A stretch of DNA of 64,000 nucleotides, taken from Octopus sinensis. Its lineage: Eukaryota. Under the pieces are notes generated by a model. It searched no databases. It was not told where the DNA came from and worked only from the letters and a program-made list of their open reading frames with translations. Of this stretch, positions 51,753 through 64,000 are shown one piece after another. Within the stretch, counting starts at the first letter, position 1, and every line of letters begins with the position of its first letter. The stretch is taken from the NCBI RefSeq assembly GCF_006345805.1, contig NC_042998.1, positions 112,282,001 to 112,346,000 on the forward strand. The letters run 5' to 3'. A program made the translations under genes and the position numbers.

Positions 51753-52860
51753 TTTCTACTATAGGCACAAGGCCTGAAATTTGGGGGGAGAGGTCTAGTC
51801 GATTAAATCGACCCCAGTGATTCACTTAAAGGATGAAAGGTAAAGTCGATCTCAGCGGAAATAATAATATTAGTCATAATGATAATAATAATGTTTCAAA
51901 TTATGGGCAGAAAGGCAGTAATTTTTTTTTGCATGGGGGGGGGGGAGTGGGTAAGTCGATTACATCGATCCCAGTACTTGACTGGTACTTTATTTTATCG
52001 ACATCGTGAGGATGAAAGGCGAAGTTGACCTCGACAGGGTTCTTTCTCAAAACGTGATGAGTGGAAAGAAATGCTGCAAAACATTTTTGTCAGAAGCTCT
52101 AAAGATTCCGCTAAACCACCATCCTGAATAAGAATATTCCTTTCAACTATAGTCCTGAACCTAGAGTGAAGGCGCGTGGCTTAGCGGTTTGGGTATTTGG
52201 TTTACAATCGCAAAGGTCGTGAGTTCAATTTCTGGCGACACATTGTATCCTTGAGCAAGACACGTTGCTTCAGTCCACTCAGCTGGCAAAATGAAGGGTA
52301 CCTGTATTTCAAAGGGCCGGCCTTGTCACACTGTGTCACGCTGAATCTCCACGAGAACTACGTTAAGGGTACACGTGTCCGTGGAGTGCTCAGCCACATT
52401 CAGGTTAATTTCATGAGCAGGCTGTTTTGTTGATCAGATCAACTGAAACCCTCGTCGTAACCGACGGAGTGCTACACACTCAGCATTCAAATTTTAATAG
52501 AGTTAAGCCAATTACAGCAACCCCAGCGTTATTTCATCAAACCTGAAAGAAGGACAGATAAAATCGACCTCGACAGAATTTGAGCTCAGATCATAAAGAC
52601 AGATTATATACCGTTAAGCATTTTGACCGACGTGCTAACGATTCTGCCAGTTCGCCGTCTTAATAAGAGTATCTTTGCGGCATTTCATCCGTTTTTGCTT
52701 TCTAAGTTCAAATTCCACTGAGGTCGACTTTGCCTTTCATTCTTTCGGGGGTCGATGAAATAAGTACCAGTCAAACACTAGGGTCAATGTAATCGACTAG
52801 CTCCTTCCCCAGAATTGCAGACCTTGTGCCTCTAGTAAGATAGAGATTATTATGAATATT
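51753..52860. mobile_element. SINE cluster: family B minus (51753-51860, ~51890-52135, 52503-52660), family E plus (52167-52474), family B plus (52668-52850)
   Basis: Recurrent family B cores. The family E copy has a tRNA head gtggcttagcggtt…gagttcaatttc and the central tccttgagcaagacac…agtccactcagctgg domain (Meta/CORE-like). Confidence 0.8.
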
Positions 52861-53747
52861 TCTTACATGGCACAACATCAGAAATTGTAAGTTGTATAGA
52901 CTGTTAACAGTCAACCTCAGTACTTTGGTACTTTACTCTGTACCTTACTTGAAGATGACAATTTTATGAGTTCTGTCTTTATGCTCCTCTTCTAATTTCT
53001 TCCGCTTCTTGTCTCTTGTAAACTTCGAAGATTCATTCCAACTTCTTTTGATGTGTTGGTATAGATTTTTTTTATTCAACTGTTGTACCAACTTTTATAT
53101 CTCTTATCCCCCCACTGTCCTATTCCCTCTCTCTACTAAGATTTCCCCTTTGCCCTCCCCAGCTTTTGTACCACTACTCTGTTTTCCATTTCCCTCGCGA
53201 TACATCTAATAGAATTCTTCAAAAGATATCGATGATTTCATTGTCAGAGTTTGCCCAGAGAGATGCAACTAAACATACGCATACACACTTACACTACCCT
53301 TATCATACATACATAAGATAATTAAATACATGCATACATGTAACATATGCATACACTGAAAAGTAAATACAAGCATACAATTATACATATAAATATAAAC
53401 AAAGAAAAAAATGCATATATCTGTGTGCATACATAGATAACGCACTCAATATATACAGTATATATTCACTTACATTATACGCATATATTATGATGCGCAC
53501 ATATATACAAACATATCTATCTAAATATATGTTGGTCTACAAATATATGTGTACATAACATACACGCACACTCATACATACATATATACATATATGCATA
53601 CGTGTGTGTATGTATAAATGTTACTTTTAAATAAGACACAACCTCGCATTGTTGATCAGAGAATGTTGTTTGCTTTTCTCTCGTCTTCTGTTTTTACATA
53701 AAATACTACCTATACCAATACCCTATTATCACCATTTGTACGGCCGT

Positions 53748-53820
<73 letters not shown>

Positions 53821-54186
53821 TGTGTGAGGGGTTGAACACGTTTTGGTTGACTTCACTTTTTTGGTCTTCTTCGTGGTTGTTTGATTTTACATAGATAATC
53901 TTATTTCATCTCTTTGAAATATTGATAATGGTTGACTTTCGGCTATTAAATTAACATTTTGTTTGTGAAAAAAAAGTTATATAAAGATAATCTGATAATT
54001 TACTGATCGTTTCTGAATATTTCAATATATTGCAGTGGTGCATTAGGTAAGAAGACTGAGGTAACAGTAAAACCGTGTTGCTTCACCTTCCATAGGTAAT
54101 CAACCGAAGGTCGAGTTTTCAAACCTTGTTTGCTTCATATACTTCCCACCGCTGTATTGTTAGGAGAAATTTCTCATTTGCATATA

Positions 54187-54268
<82 letters not shown>

Positions 54269-55149
54269 TACTTTCAATATTATCATTTCAGCTCCGATCG
54301 ATAACTATATTCATTTAGTTACAGTAATAGGATGGATGGATAAACAAATATAGATAGATATAAAGATAGTTATAGATAAATAGATAGATATCGATAAAGA
54401 AACAGAAAGGATGCTGTGAAAAAGAACTATATAGTAAAGTGGCATATATTAGAGATACGTAGATGTAGGGTGGCAGTTGCTTCAGGCAATATGACTTATG
54501 TGAAAATATAGTTGCAAAATGGATCTTTAGATCATTAGATAAACAATTTCTAAACAATATACTCTTATACACCTTCTCTACAAATTGTCTCAGATATATG
54601 AATATTTCTCAAAAGTATCTAAAATATTGAGCGTATCTCTTATATTTTGGTTGATAGTATTGGCGCAGAGCCATGATTCTGACGACTGAGATCGGTCGAT
54701 TGAATCAGCACCAGTAAATCACTGGAACATAACGTCGACCTCGGTTTGCTTTGAACTCAGAACGTCTAAAGCTAAAACTAAATACCGAGAGACATTTTCT
54801 GTTTTTCTAGTGATTGTCAACCCACCGAAGACACTCGAATGTGATATTTCATATTCTCCAGTCGCAAGGTCTAGTGACACATCATTGATCTGTCTCTCCT
54901 TCGAGAACTACGAGGTGCTGGCTCTGAAGCCGAAAGTCGGTGGTGTCACAGCACCATCGAACCCAGAGCTTCATTTGTGCGGCAGCCACAACAGCTGCGC
55001 CTGCCAGTTTCAGATTAACCTTCTTGCATATCAGTTAAGCTGATGTGCAGGTGGACAGAACCTTTATATATATACACACTTTAGACTCGCTCGCCCCATT
55101 CACACACTCACACACTCACACACGCGACTTAGTTCATTGAGGTTACCAT

Positions 55150-55400
55150 TACCTTTACCGTTATTATTATCTCCCTTTCATTCAACTTCTTATTTTCAGT
55201 CATCGTGCCATGTTGGACCGTTGAACTCTGCACATTTTTTTCTCTTTCCTTTATTTTCATTCTCTCTCCATTTTTCCCCTCTGAATCCTGTAATCCTTTT
55301 TGTCGAAGAGCGTAGACTCGAAACGTAAAAGATTTTCCCATTTTCCCCCAGCGTTAAACTAATACACCAGTTTGTTGCTCCTGCACCTGTCTTATATCCA
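55150..55400 (+). mobile_element. Solo Penelope terminal repeat, homologous to 12170-12478
   Basis: Shares attattatctccctttcattcaac, gtcgaa(g/a)agcgtag(a/g)ctcgaaacgta and gcgttaaactaatacacc with the reverse complement of 12170-12478. Confidence 0.8.
55295..55331 (+). ncRNA. Hammerhead-like motif (UUGUCGA core, decayed) in solo Penelope repeat
   Basis: ccuuu-UUGUCGA-A-GAGC-GUAG-ACUC-GAAAC-GUA-aaag. C3 and one stem II base are mutated relative to the two-copy consensus. Confidence 0.45.
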
Positions 55401-55497
55401 CACTATTGGTAAATGTCTTGTCATTCTTTAAACGTACGCTAAAGTAATTGTCATACTTTAACATTTATATGCATGTATATATTTTATCTTTCACAGA

Positions 55498-55656
55498 ATG
55501 ATGATTGTTGCAACATCCCATCAAAACTCTTGCTCCAATATGCAGAAGTTGGCACGAAGACGTGTACGGTTACATCTCCGTAGACTCAGGCATCGTGAAT
55601 ATTCTAAACTGCGTACACTTGTACCATCAGTGGCTAACAACAACAAAGTTTCTAAA
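55498..55656 (+). CDS. Id/Emc-like HLH protein, coding exon with ATG, helix 1 and loop (MMIVATSHQNSCSNMQKLARRRVRLHLRRLRHREYSKLRTLVPSVANNNKVSK)
   Basis: Polypyrimidine acceptor tttatctttcacAG ends at 55496 and ATG is at 55498. 53 open codons end at a phase-0 donor AAA|GTAAGT (55657). YSKLRTLVPS…NKVSK matches Id/Emc helix 1 and loop (YSKLKELVPS…NKKVSK). Confidence 0.9.
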
Positions 55657-56505
55657 GTAAGTACTTGAAGACATAATTCTAAAAATTATTTGACCTCTAT
55701 ATTCCTCTACTAGTATTTTACAACCACAAAATGCATCTGCTAATCAAATCCAGTTATTAATCAAATTGTATTCTAATTTATACTGTTGGTATTCGTAATT
55801 GGTAATCGTAAGAAGAATAGCATAAATGTCGGACATGATTTCTTCTCACTATTAGATCTCGAGCAATGAGATCTTGTATGTGGTTCTTGGATCTGATAAA
55901 TGTAGCTTCCAATTCTCCTTTAAACTACACCCAACTGCTTTGGAGGAGCTAAGAACGCATTGGATAATGTAGTTCTTGACATACTTCTATCTGGTTGATT
56001 TGCCTCATAAGTTGCTCAAGCAAGACTAACCAACAACAACAACTGATAAGTCTTGGTGGGTTCGATAGAACTAATAATGGCAGCATGTGTTCATTGTTGT
56101 AGTTACTGTTGCATATCTAACACAATACCCTAACGCAATACAGTATGCCTGTATTAGTACTAGAGTAAGAAGTCTGTAAAACTTTAGGTTTCATGGGGCT
56201 GAATCAAACTGTTTTAAATAATATATGTAACTCCTACTAAAGGTGCTGAGTGCCTCTTTCCTTTGTCCACTCACCCGTTTACTCTAAATTATTGGTCAAC
56301 CTGAGATTGTGAATCTATATGAGTACGAATTGAACTCCTTAACTGATCAACCAAAACTTGTTTTTCTTACATTGAAGTCTTTGATAGGTGGTATGGAATT
56401 GTTTGAATTGACTTAGTATAACTATTAAGGTCCTAAAAGGAAAATGACCGACTCGTCTCCAGAAAAATTTGAAATCACAATATAGAGGGACAAAACAAAA
56501 GAATA

Positions 56506-56574
56506 TAACAACACTCAAAATAAATTAAATTTCGCTGATGAGGTCTAATAACACCGAAACGTCCAGTGTTGTTA
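56506..56574 (+). ncRNA. Minimal type I hammerhead-ribozyme-like motif in the HLH intron
   Basis: CUGAUGA (56535-41), stem II GGU/ACC (56542-44/56553-55), GAAAC (56556-60), GUC site (56561-63). 56506-56515 taacaacact is perfectly complementary to 56565-56574 agtgttgtta. Confidence 0.6.
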
Positions 56575-57221
56575 CTGTACAGCCAAAGATTGGACTCACT
56601 CCCAAGTGCGCTGTCTTTTTGATATATGTTAATTTAAATTCCACTTTTTTTCTAACTGGTGTTTTGGACCAGAATTAATTTCAATTAATTTAAATTTCAT
56701 AGTTTACATTAGCACCAACCGTACTATTTCATGTGGAGAAATTAACATTATCAGTATGTCTTCTTCTACATGTTGTTGCATGAACAAAATATATTCTTTT
56801 GTATTCAATGAAAAACTGACTTATTAATGTAACCATAAGTTCTCTCTCTAACACTAAACCTAATTTTGCACTGCCTGATTTACTTCTCCGGCCTCTCGGT
56901 ACATTGTTGACTACTTTATCTATCTTTACTCTCAATCAACGTACCACATAATCAATTTACAAGAGTCTGTCTCATCCTCTCAACCTCCCACCAGTTTTGG
57001 AAGTTCTGAAAATGGTAGGGTCATCGGTGCTGCACTTCCTCCTCTGACTAAGCCATTAAAAGAAGCAACTCATCTAGCCTTTTGCTCTTAGTATTTTCTT
57101 CAATCAATGTCTTTCCTCATATCTGAACTTCCTTTCTAATCATGGTCCAAACCCAACACTTTTCCCCCCATCAGATTCTAATAATGTATAAAACCATGTT
57201 TATTTCTACATTTTGTTTTAG

Positions 57222-57300
57222 GTGACAGTGATAGAAGAAGCTATTAAGTATATTGATTCCCTGCACAAGGCTTTGGTGGAACGTTTGCAGAATGTTCGAC
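57222..57300 (+). CDS. Id/Emc-like HLH protein, coding exon with helix 2 (VTVIEEAIKYIDSLHKALVERLQNVR, phase 1 end)
   Basis: Acceptor ttttgttttAG ends at 57221 and donor C|GTAAGT starts at 57301. In frame with the previous exon, it completes KVSK|VTVIEEAIKYIDSL, a textbook HLH helix 2. Confidence 0.92.
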
Positions 57301-60300
57301 GTAAGTATTCTCGTATTTCAGTGCAAGACATTACGTTAAGTCAATTAGCCTCAATTTAATTAAGACATTTCTAATATTTTCTACGTTATGCAATACGACA
57401 TATTGCCATATGGAGTATAAAGCCAACTGATCGTGTTCTTAACATGCATATTAATGAATTTTTGCTTCTTAAGACGGTTCATATTGATTTCTACTATAAG
57501 CACAAGGCCTCGAATTTGAGAGAGGAGGAAAAAAGATTATAGCATTCAGAACAGTCACATAATAATCTTGTTGACTGAAATTGTAATAATGTCCACGTCT
57601 TCTTGAAAGGACATTAATAATGTATGATAATTGAAAATGTTTCGGATGGGATTAGCACCCGAATTGCTGGCTCAGCTTATGAAGAGTATCGTTCATACTC
57701 AACTGCTTTCACCGGATGAGTAAATAGAATAATTATGTAGCAATTGAGAATATTAAAATCATCGAGCTCTAGTCTAAACGTCTGATAATATTTAAATATT
57801 TTGGCATTACATCCTCTGTGTATATTCCATTGAGATCAAATGTAGAGGCAATTTTAATCGACAATTGGCTCCAAAATATGTAGTATTTTGCTAATATTAG
57901 AAAAGAATAAGTTGGTGACAATTAAACAGCTTTATAATGGTAAAGTAGTAAAAGTTGAATGGTGCACACTCGTACTTACGTACATACATACATATTTACA
58001 TAACCGAAAGCAATGTTCAAAGAAAACAATGGATATAATCGAATTTGATCAATAATAAAACGAGGTGATACGCATCCTCTCACCAACCATCAGCTTCCAT
58101 TGGCCACCAAGGAGGAGTCAAATGGCTGACTGGCTGGTTGATATAGCAGATTCTTATTTGTAATGATTCTGTGTTCATAGTACTAGGTAACCATAGAAAT
58201 AAAGTTGAATGAACGGGTAGGGGTTCAAATGTGAACAATACACCTATTGTTACATTCATGGAACAACTATTGTTTCAGTTCTTCCTCTAACTGTTTTTAC
58301 TTGTTTTGTTTGTTTGTCTTTTATTGTTTTTTTAAATATTTTTCTTACTCATGTTTTTTTTTAAATTTCATTAATTTCTTTTGTAAATAATTTTGAAGCA
58401 GCACAAATGATATCGTAGTATTTTGAGTCAATAAGAAAATTGCGGTGGAGGTATTATTGGTGGTGGGGGTGGGGGTGTCAATGATGGTGGTGGTGATGGT
58501 GACGATGGTTCTGTTTAAGAGTGGCGGTAGGGGTGATGATGTTTGATGGATGAGCATAAAAAAGAAAAACAAAAGGTTATGCATTTAAAAGAAATGAAAA
58601 AATCTACGTATAGAATATAGAAGGGACATTATTTAAATAATATCAATTCGAGGCATACATTAATAGGTATATAAGAAAATAACAATATAATTAAAAAGAA
58701 TATAGTAGTTTTATTTATTTACTTATTTATTAGAATGGTAACTTGAATAAATAACTGGAAATTACAGGTTTAAAGGTTTTCAACTTTATTCCATTACGTT
58801 GTGTCTTCTGATCGGTTTCGAGGCTTTTGTCTTTCTCCTTGTTGCTGCGTGTTCTCTGTCAATAAGGAGTAGAAGTAGAGAATCATGGTCTTTAATGTAT
58901 GTGTAAAAAGAGGGACAGTACCCACCCACTACTGTGCGGATGGATGGAAGGGTTGGAAATAAGCACGATAGGTAAGTATTAAGTGGTGAAGGGACAGGCA
59001 AATAAATATCAGGCAATCCCTTCCACATTTTCCCCTATCAATTTTTTACTCCTTTACTCGTCTCTCTCTGGTTCCACTTTGGTCCGCTACCTACCACACA
59101 CACACGCACACACACGCACGCATACACACACACACGCACACACACACACACACACAACACAACACACACGTATGTCTGTGTGTATTCGAGATACTTGTTG
59201 CTGTATCCTATCTGCGGGCCCGTCAAGAAATATTTCATATTGCGACCTAGATTTGTACAGGACTTTATATTTATTTTTCATTTTATCGTTCTTGTTAGTT
59301 TATTTCGTTTCTTTTTTCTTTCATAATTTAATATTTCATAAATCCCTCAACATCTATTGCGCAACATTAACTGTATCATGGAACAATATTGGTTCGATCG
59401 CATATGCTCTGATATATATGCAGGTGTGGATTTTTATATAAAGAAGAAACTTCTCTGGCATTAGCCCTGATTAAGGCACCCTACTTTTGCAGCGGTGTGG
59501 CCACGCTGCTTAACTTTAACTAATACGAAATTTTTCCTAATGCCCTTGCCAGAGCTTATAGAATGAGTTTCCAGATTCAAAGAATAACTGATACTTGATT
59601 ATTTTTCCCTCAACCTTCTTCATATCACGTAACATTATGCTAAGCTATGTAACATCAGGTTCACTTAACCTCTTCCCCTATCACCGTGAGCTTCATTCTA
59701 ATATCTTTCATATAACTATTTTACGCAATTTATGCATTATTATTTTCTCCTATTTTTTTCCTTTCTACCTCATTTTCTCATCACACTTCGCGTACGATTC
59801 CGTGGCTGAAATGACAGTGTGTATTTACAACTTTTCATGTCATGCTTGCGTTTGTGTGTATGTGTATATAGTTGTTCATGTGTGCGCAAATGTACGTACG
59901 AATGTATATTGATAGGTATACATTTATTTACAACTCCCAAGATATACACATATGTGCGTGTGTGCGTGTTGTGTATGTGTGTATGTACGAGAGAGAGCAT
60001 GTGTTTCCATGTTGTAGGGAAACGTGTATATTCATTCGTTTATTTCATTAGATCGACGTTTTTTTGTTACCTCCATTATCAATAGAACCTTGTAAGTTAT
60101 GTTCTTTGATTTGCAAATTTATAGCAGTATTCTCTTTTGATTTATAAGCTTATTTCATGTCAATAAAGCGATACCAGGTGAGCCAATGAGGTGTGTGTAC
60201 CATCTTGCACTCTGCGTTTGTAATTATCAGTGTTGATTTAGCCATGCAGGTCTTCAAAAACTTGCAAACTATTCACGAATGTCTAATAGTTAAAGGCTCA

Positions 60301-60341
60301 GCCATTAAATCACACATACAACATACACACACGCATATAAA

Positions 60342-60421
<80 letters not shown>

Positions 60422-60599
60422 GAACGTGATGGATGAGAACAAAAGGTAAAAATACAACACAGGAGGGACAAATTTTTAACAAAGTGTTAATTTAACAGTT
60501 AAAAAGGAAGGAAAGAGTTTCATACACATTCATGCATATATATATATATATAATATTTAATTTTGCTACCTCTTTGTTATGTCCCTATCATAATTGTAA

Positions 60600-60655
<56 letters not shown>

Positions 60656-62069
60656 TAGTTCGTGTGTGATTTTGCTTGTAAATGTCTTTGGAAGGAAAAA
60701 GAGACAGCAACCTGACACTTATGTGTTATTGTACCCACTTCAGCTGCAGTAGTAATAGAATTACATTCAGTATGCAGATGGGGAGCTGTGGTGAAGTATG
60801 ATGTCACACTGGTGTAAAAGTGGTGATGATCGTGGTAGTATTAAAGAAGATAATGGTGTTGATTGTAGTAGTAGTGGAGCTGATGGTAGTTGTGGTGGAG
60901 AGTGGTGATTGAGAGGGGTAGTGTTACAGCAGTTTTATACCCTGCACTATTTTACCTATAACACAATACCACGTGCTACACTATACTTCATTCTACAGAG
61001 TCAGTTGATCTGCTACAAATACCACCTGAATTTCTTCAAAATGTCACCCTACTGTCTTAAACATGGAACGCATAATGGTCACTGGATTTCTAAATATTGG
61101 CGAAAACAAGATGGTCATGATTGAAACACTTTTGAATATAGGTCATATTCATTGAGAGCTGACATGGTACCAGAACAACAACAACAAATTGCGTTTCACT
61201 ACATTACTACGGCAACGGAGCCTTTGTGCAATCACTTGATCTGATACTAAGTGCAACTAAATCTCCTTCATCACACCTTTCTGTCTTAAAGACAGGAAAG
61301 GATAATGTAGTCTTAGATACACTTAGCTTTCCGTATTACTTCGCAATCTTTTGCCAGACACACATAAGACTACAACATGTGAAGACTGCTGACACATTTC
61401 AGCCTATATTTTATATTAAAAAAACTACTTACAAAATCGACAACAAACCAACTGTCACAATATACAGTCTCTCATTTATTCATTATCTGTCAGTTGATTC
61501 TGGGAAAAACAAAGAAACGTTGAGATTGATTGAAGCTAAAAGCTAAGCATGTCCTGCTAGGAATTATTTTGTTTTCCATTAAAATATAAAGCAGTAAAGA
61601 AAGTATGCGAGGCATATGATCAATAAATTTAAATGCGTGTGCCGCTTCCTAGATAAAAAAAAAAAAAAAACTACAAACGAAAACAATCTACAGAGTCCTT
61701 ACTTCAGCAACTAATTTGTGACTGTTACAATCTATTGACCTACCATTTCAGGGGTTTCTGTCTATCCAAACTTCCACAACATCACTGAATGGCATCGAAA
61801 GAAATCACATGGGATTCACTGTAAACACTTTCAAAGGTCGTTACTAATTAATATTTAAAACTAATTTACATCTTAATTTACATTTTAAACCAAAACAGAA
61901 AATTCGTCACGTCTGTTTCAGTTTACGAAGAAGCTCAGGAACCAATTGCTTGAACGCCCTCTCATAGCATAGATAGCTTCAGTATTGGTTCCAGACATTA
62001 AAAGAGACTACAAAATGTATTACCGACCTGTCGTCATCGAGGAAGGAGTCTCATTCATTGTTTTCAGTG

Positions 62070-62195
62070 ACTTAAATCTTTCTTTCTCTCTCTCTCTTTC
62101 ACCTCTCTCTCTCTCTCTTTCACCTCTCTCTCTCTTTCACCTCTCTCTCTCTTTCACCTCTCTCTCTCTCTCTTTACCTCATCCCTCTCTCTTTT
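62070..62195. repeat. Pyrimidine minisatellite (ctctctctctttcac)n
   Basis: About five units of variable CT length punctuated by ttcac. Confidence 0.8.
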
Positions 62196-63330
62196 TACCT
62201 CCTTCACTCCTCTGTCTCTCTCCCATACTCCTCTCCCCCCTTCTCATTCTCTTCGTATGCGTGTTAGTGTTAGTATGTTGACGAGTTGGCCACTTCAGAG
62301 TAGGAGAAAATGGCTTGCAATATTCTTTCCAACTGAGTGAAAATCCCGTTGAAATCAAATTTGTATTTTATCCTTTCGAGGTTGATCTAGTGCCTATATG
62401 CAGTGCTGGTTTTCCATTCTTGTCTTTTATAATTTCCTACCTCTCTTACTTTTGAAGTAAAGGTTGACTCCAGCCCGAGTGAGGAATTGACTATGCCAGA
62501 ATTAATTTCTGAAACATGCTGAATGTCACGGCAGTATCCTTGTGACGCTGTAGAAGTGAAAGCGCCAAGGGTGAATAAGTGTGTCTCTCTCAATATTACA
62601 CTTAAACACTAGGTCTTTTGCATAAAATAACTTGCACTAATTTCCTTGTCGTGGAATCCTGAAAACTGAAAATGTTTATTTTAACACAGAAAAGCAAAAA
62701 TTATCAGATATTCAAAAAAGAGATAATTCACAAAGGTACGGGATGAAAGAGAGTATGAGGTGAGGTGAAAAATGATAAATTATGTATAGAAAGAAGAAGC
62801 AAACTAGATATAGTTCGGAGGATATAAAGCAAGAAATAAATGGAAAGGAGTTGAAATAAAGAAAAATCTAGGGAAACTAGAATAGAGAATAGCATTAATA
62901 AAACATTAGCTTGTGACAAGGAATTGAGAGAGAATAAAGGGGTTTTTTTTCCCAACGATCATAGAAATCAAGGCTGCTCTAGTAACGATGTGTATTTGCT
63001 CGTTATGTCTGTGTTTCCATATATTTGTACCTGTGTGGTTATAAGTGTATGTATGTGTGAATGAAAGCCGCATCTGATACACATAGGAATATTATCAATA
63101 TTTACATCAAATACACAGCGCAGATATATGTATTATCATATATGTATATATAAAGAAAACAAAGAATAAATTTGGCACAACTTTAATATTCGTGACAATT
63201 GTTTCTGTACCCCACCGGAAATATTTGCACAATATGTGAGGTTGAGTAGTGGCAACATATCTTTTACCTATGTATGTATAATTTCTTTTGTATATATATA
63301 TATGTGTGTGATATATATATATATGTGTGT

Positions 63331-63388
<58 letters not shown>

Positions 63389-63413
63389 ATATATATATAT
63401 ATGTGTGTGATAT

Positions 63414-63644
63414 AAAACAATTGCAGCATGGTAGGTGTTTATAAGCCATTTAAGAAACACACCAAAACCATTAGATTCACTTCAACATTTAAATTTAATT
63501 TCTGAAAATATATTCGTCGCTTCGCGACTTGTTCACTAACAAAGTTCTGTGCTGCACATTTAAATTTAAATATTGAAGTGAATCTAATAGTTTTTGTGTG
63601 TTTCTTAAATGGCTTATAAACACCTTCCACGCTGCAATTGTTTT
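63414..63644. mobile_element. MITE with 83-bp terminal inverted repeats
   Basis: 63414-63496 aaaacaattgcagcatgg…cttcaacatttaaattt is a near-perfect reverse complement of 63562-63644, with a 65-bp spacer. Confidence 0.88.
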
Positions 63645-64000
63645 CGTTCCAGCACACGATCTCATATCAGGTTACTTGCTATGCAAGTACATCTCCGTAA
63701 TATATATATATATATACATATATAAAACAACATTATGACCTTGTGGTTAAAAACTTGCATCGTAGCTATGTGGTTTAGACTTCGATACTAGCGTGTGGCA
63801 ACTTGAACTCCCGTTTCTATAGCTTTGTGCTGACAAATGCCTTGTGAGCAGAATTTGGTAGACAACTGCTAATTTAATTATACCGATAGAGGTTTGTTAT
63901 TTGTAAGGATGCGCGTTCGTTCTTTCAAATCATTGGAAAAAAAAGAGAACACACAAAAAAATTCACTACATATATCAAATTGCGGTGTTCACGAATTTAC

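Noticed and set aside
58094-58146. Alternative third HLH exon (PSIGHQGGVKWLTGWLI*)
   Set aside because: The acceptor has a poor pyrimidine tract; weaker than the two candidates reported.

Overview
AT-rich, microsatellite-dense eukaryotic genomic DNA. The SINE families and simple-repeat load look like a coleoid cephalopod (Octopus); this is inferred from pattern, not from a database hit. The only host gene I can support is missed by the ORF track: a + strand spliced Id/Emc-like helix-loop-helix gene. It has coding exons at 55498-55656 and 57222-57300 (…HREYSKLRTLVPSVANNNKVSK|VTVIEEAIKYIDSLH…), and its first and last exons are unresolved. The rest of the window is mostly decayed transposons: a Penelope-like element plus a solo terminal repeat carrying hammerhead-ribozyme-like motifs, two L1/Tx1-like LINEs, CR1/L2 and RTE remnants, a Helitron helicase relic, a deleted mariner, three fold-back elements and many tRNA-derived SINEs. 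A ~1.9 kb duplication flanks a 100-N gap and is probably an assembly overlap. The most notable observations are sense-strand hammerhead-like motifs on both sides of the first HLH coding exon, a shared CUGUCGA core variant in the Penelope repeat family, a locally templated inverted insertion inside a SINE, and SINE-into-SINE nesting at a recurrent GGTATTTC site. Nearly all long ORFs in the supplied track are microsatellite artefacts. TE boundaries are approximate unless a TIR or TSD is quoted.
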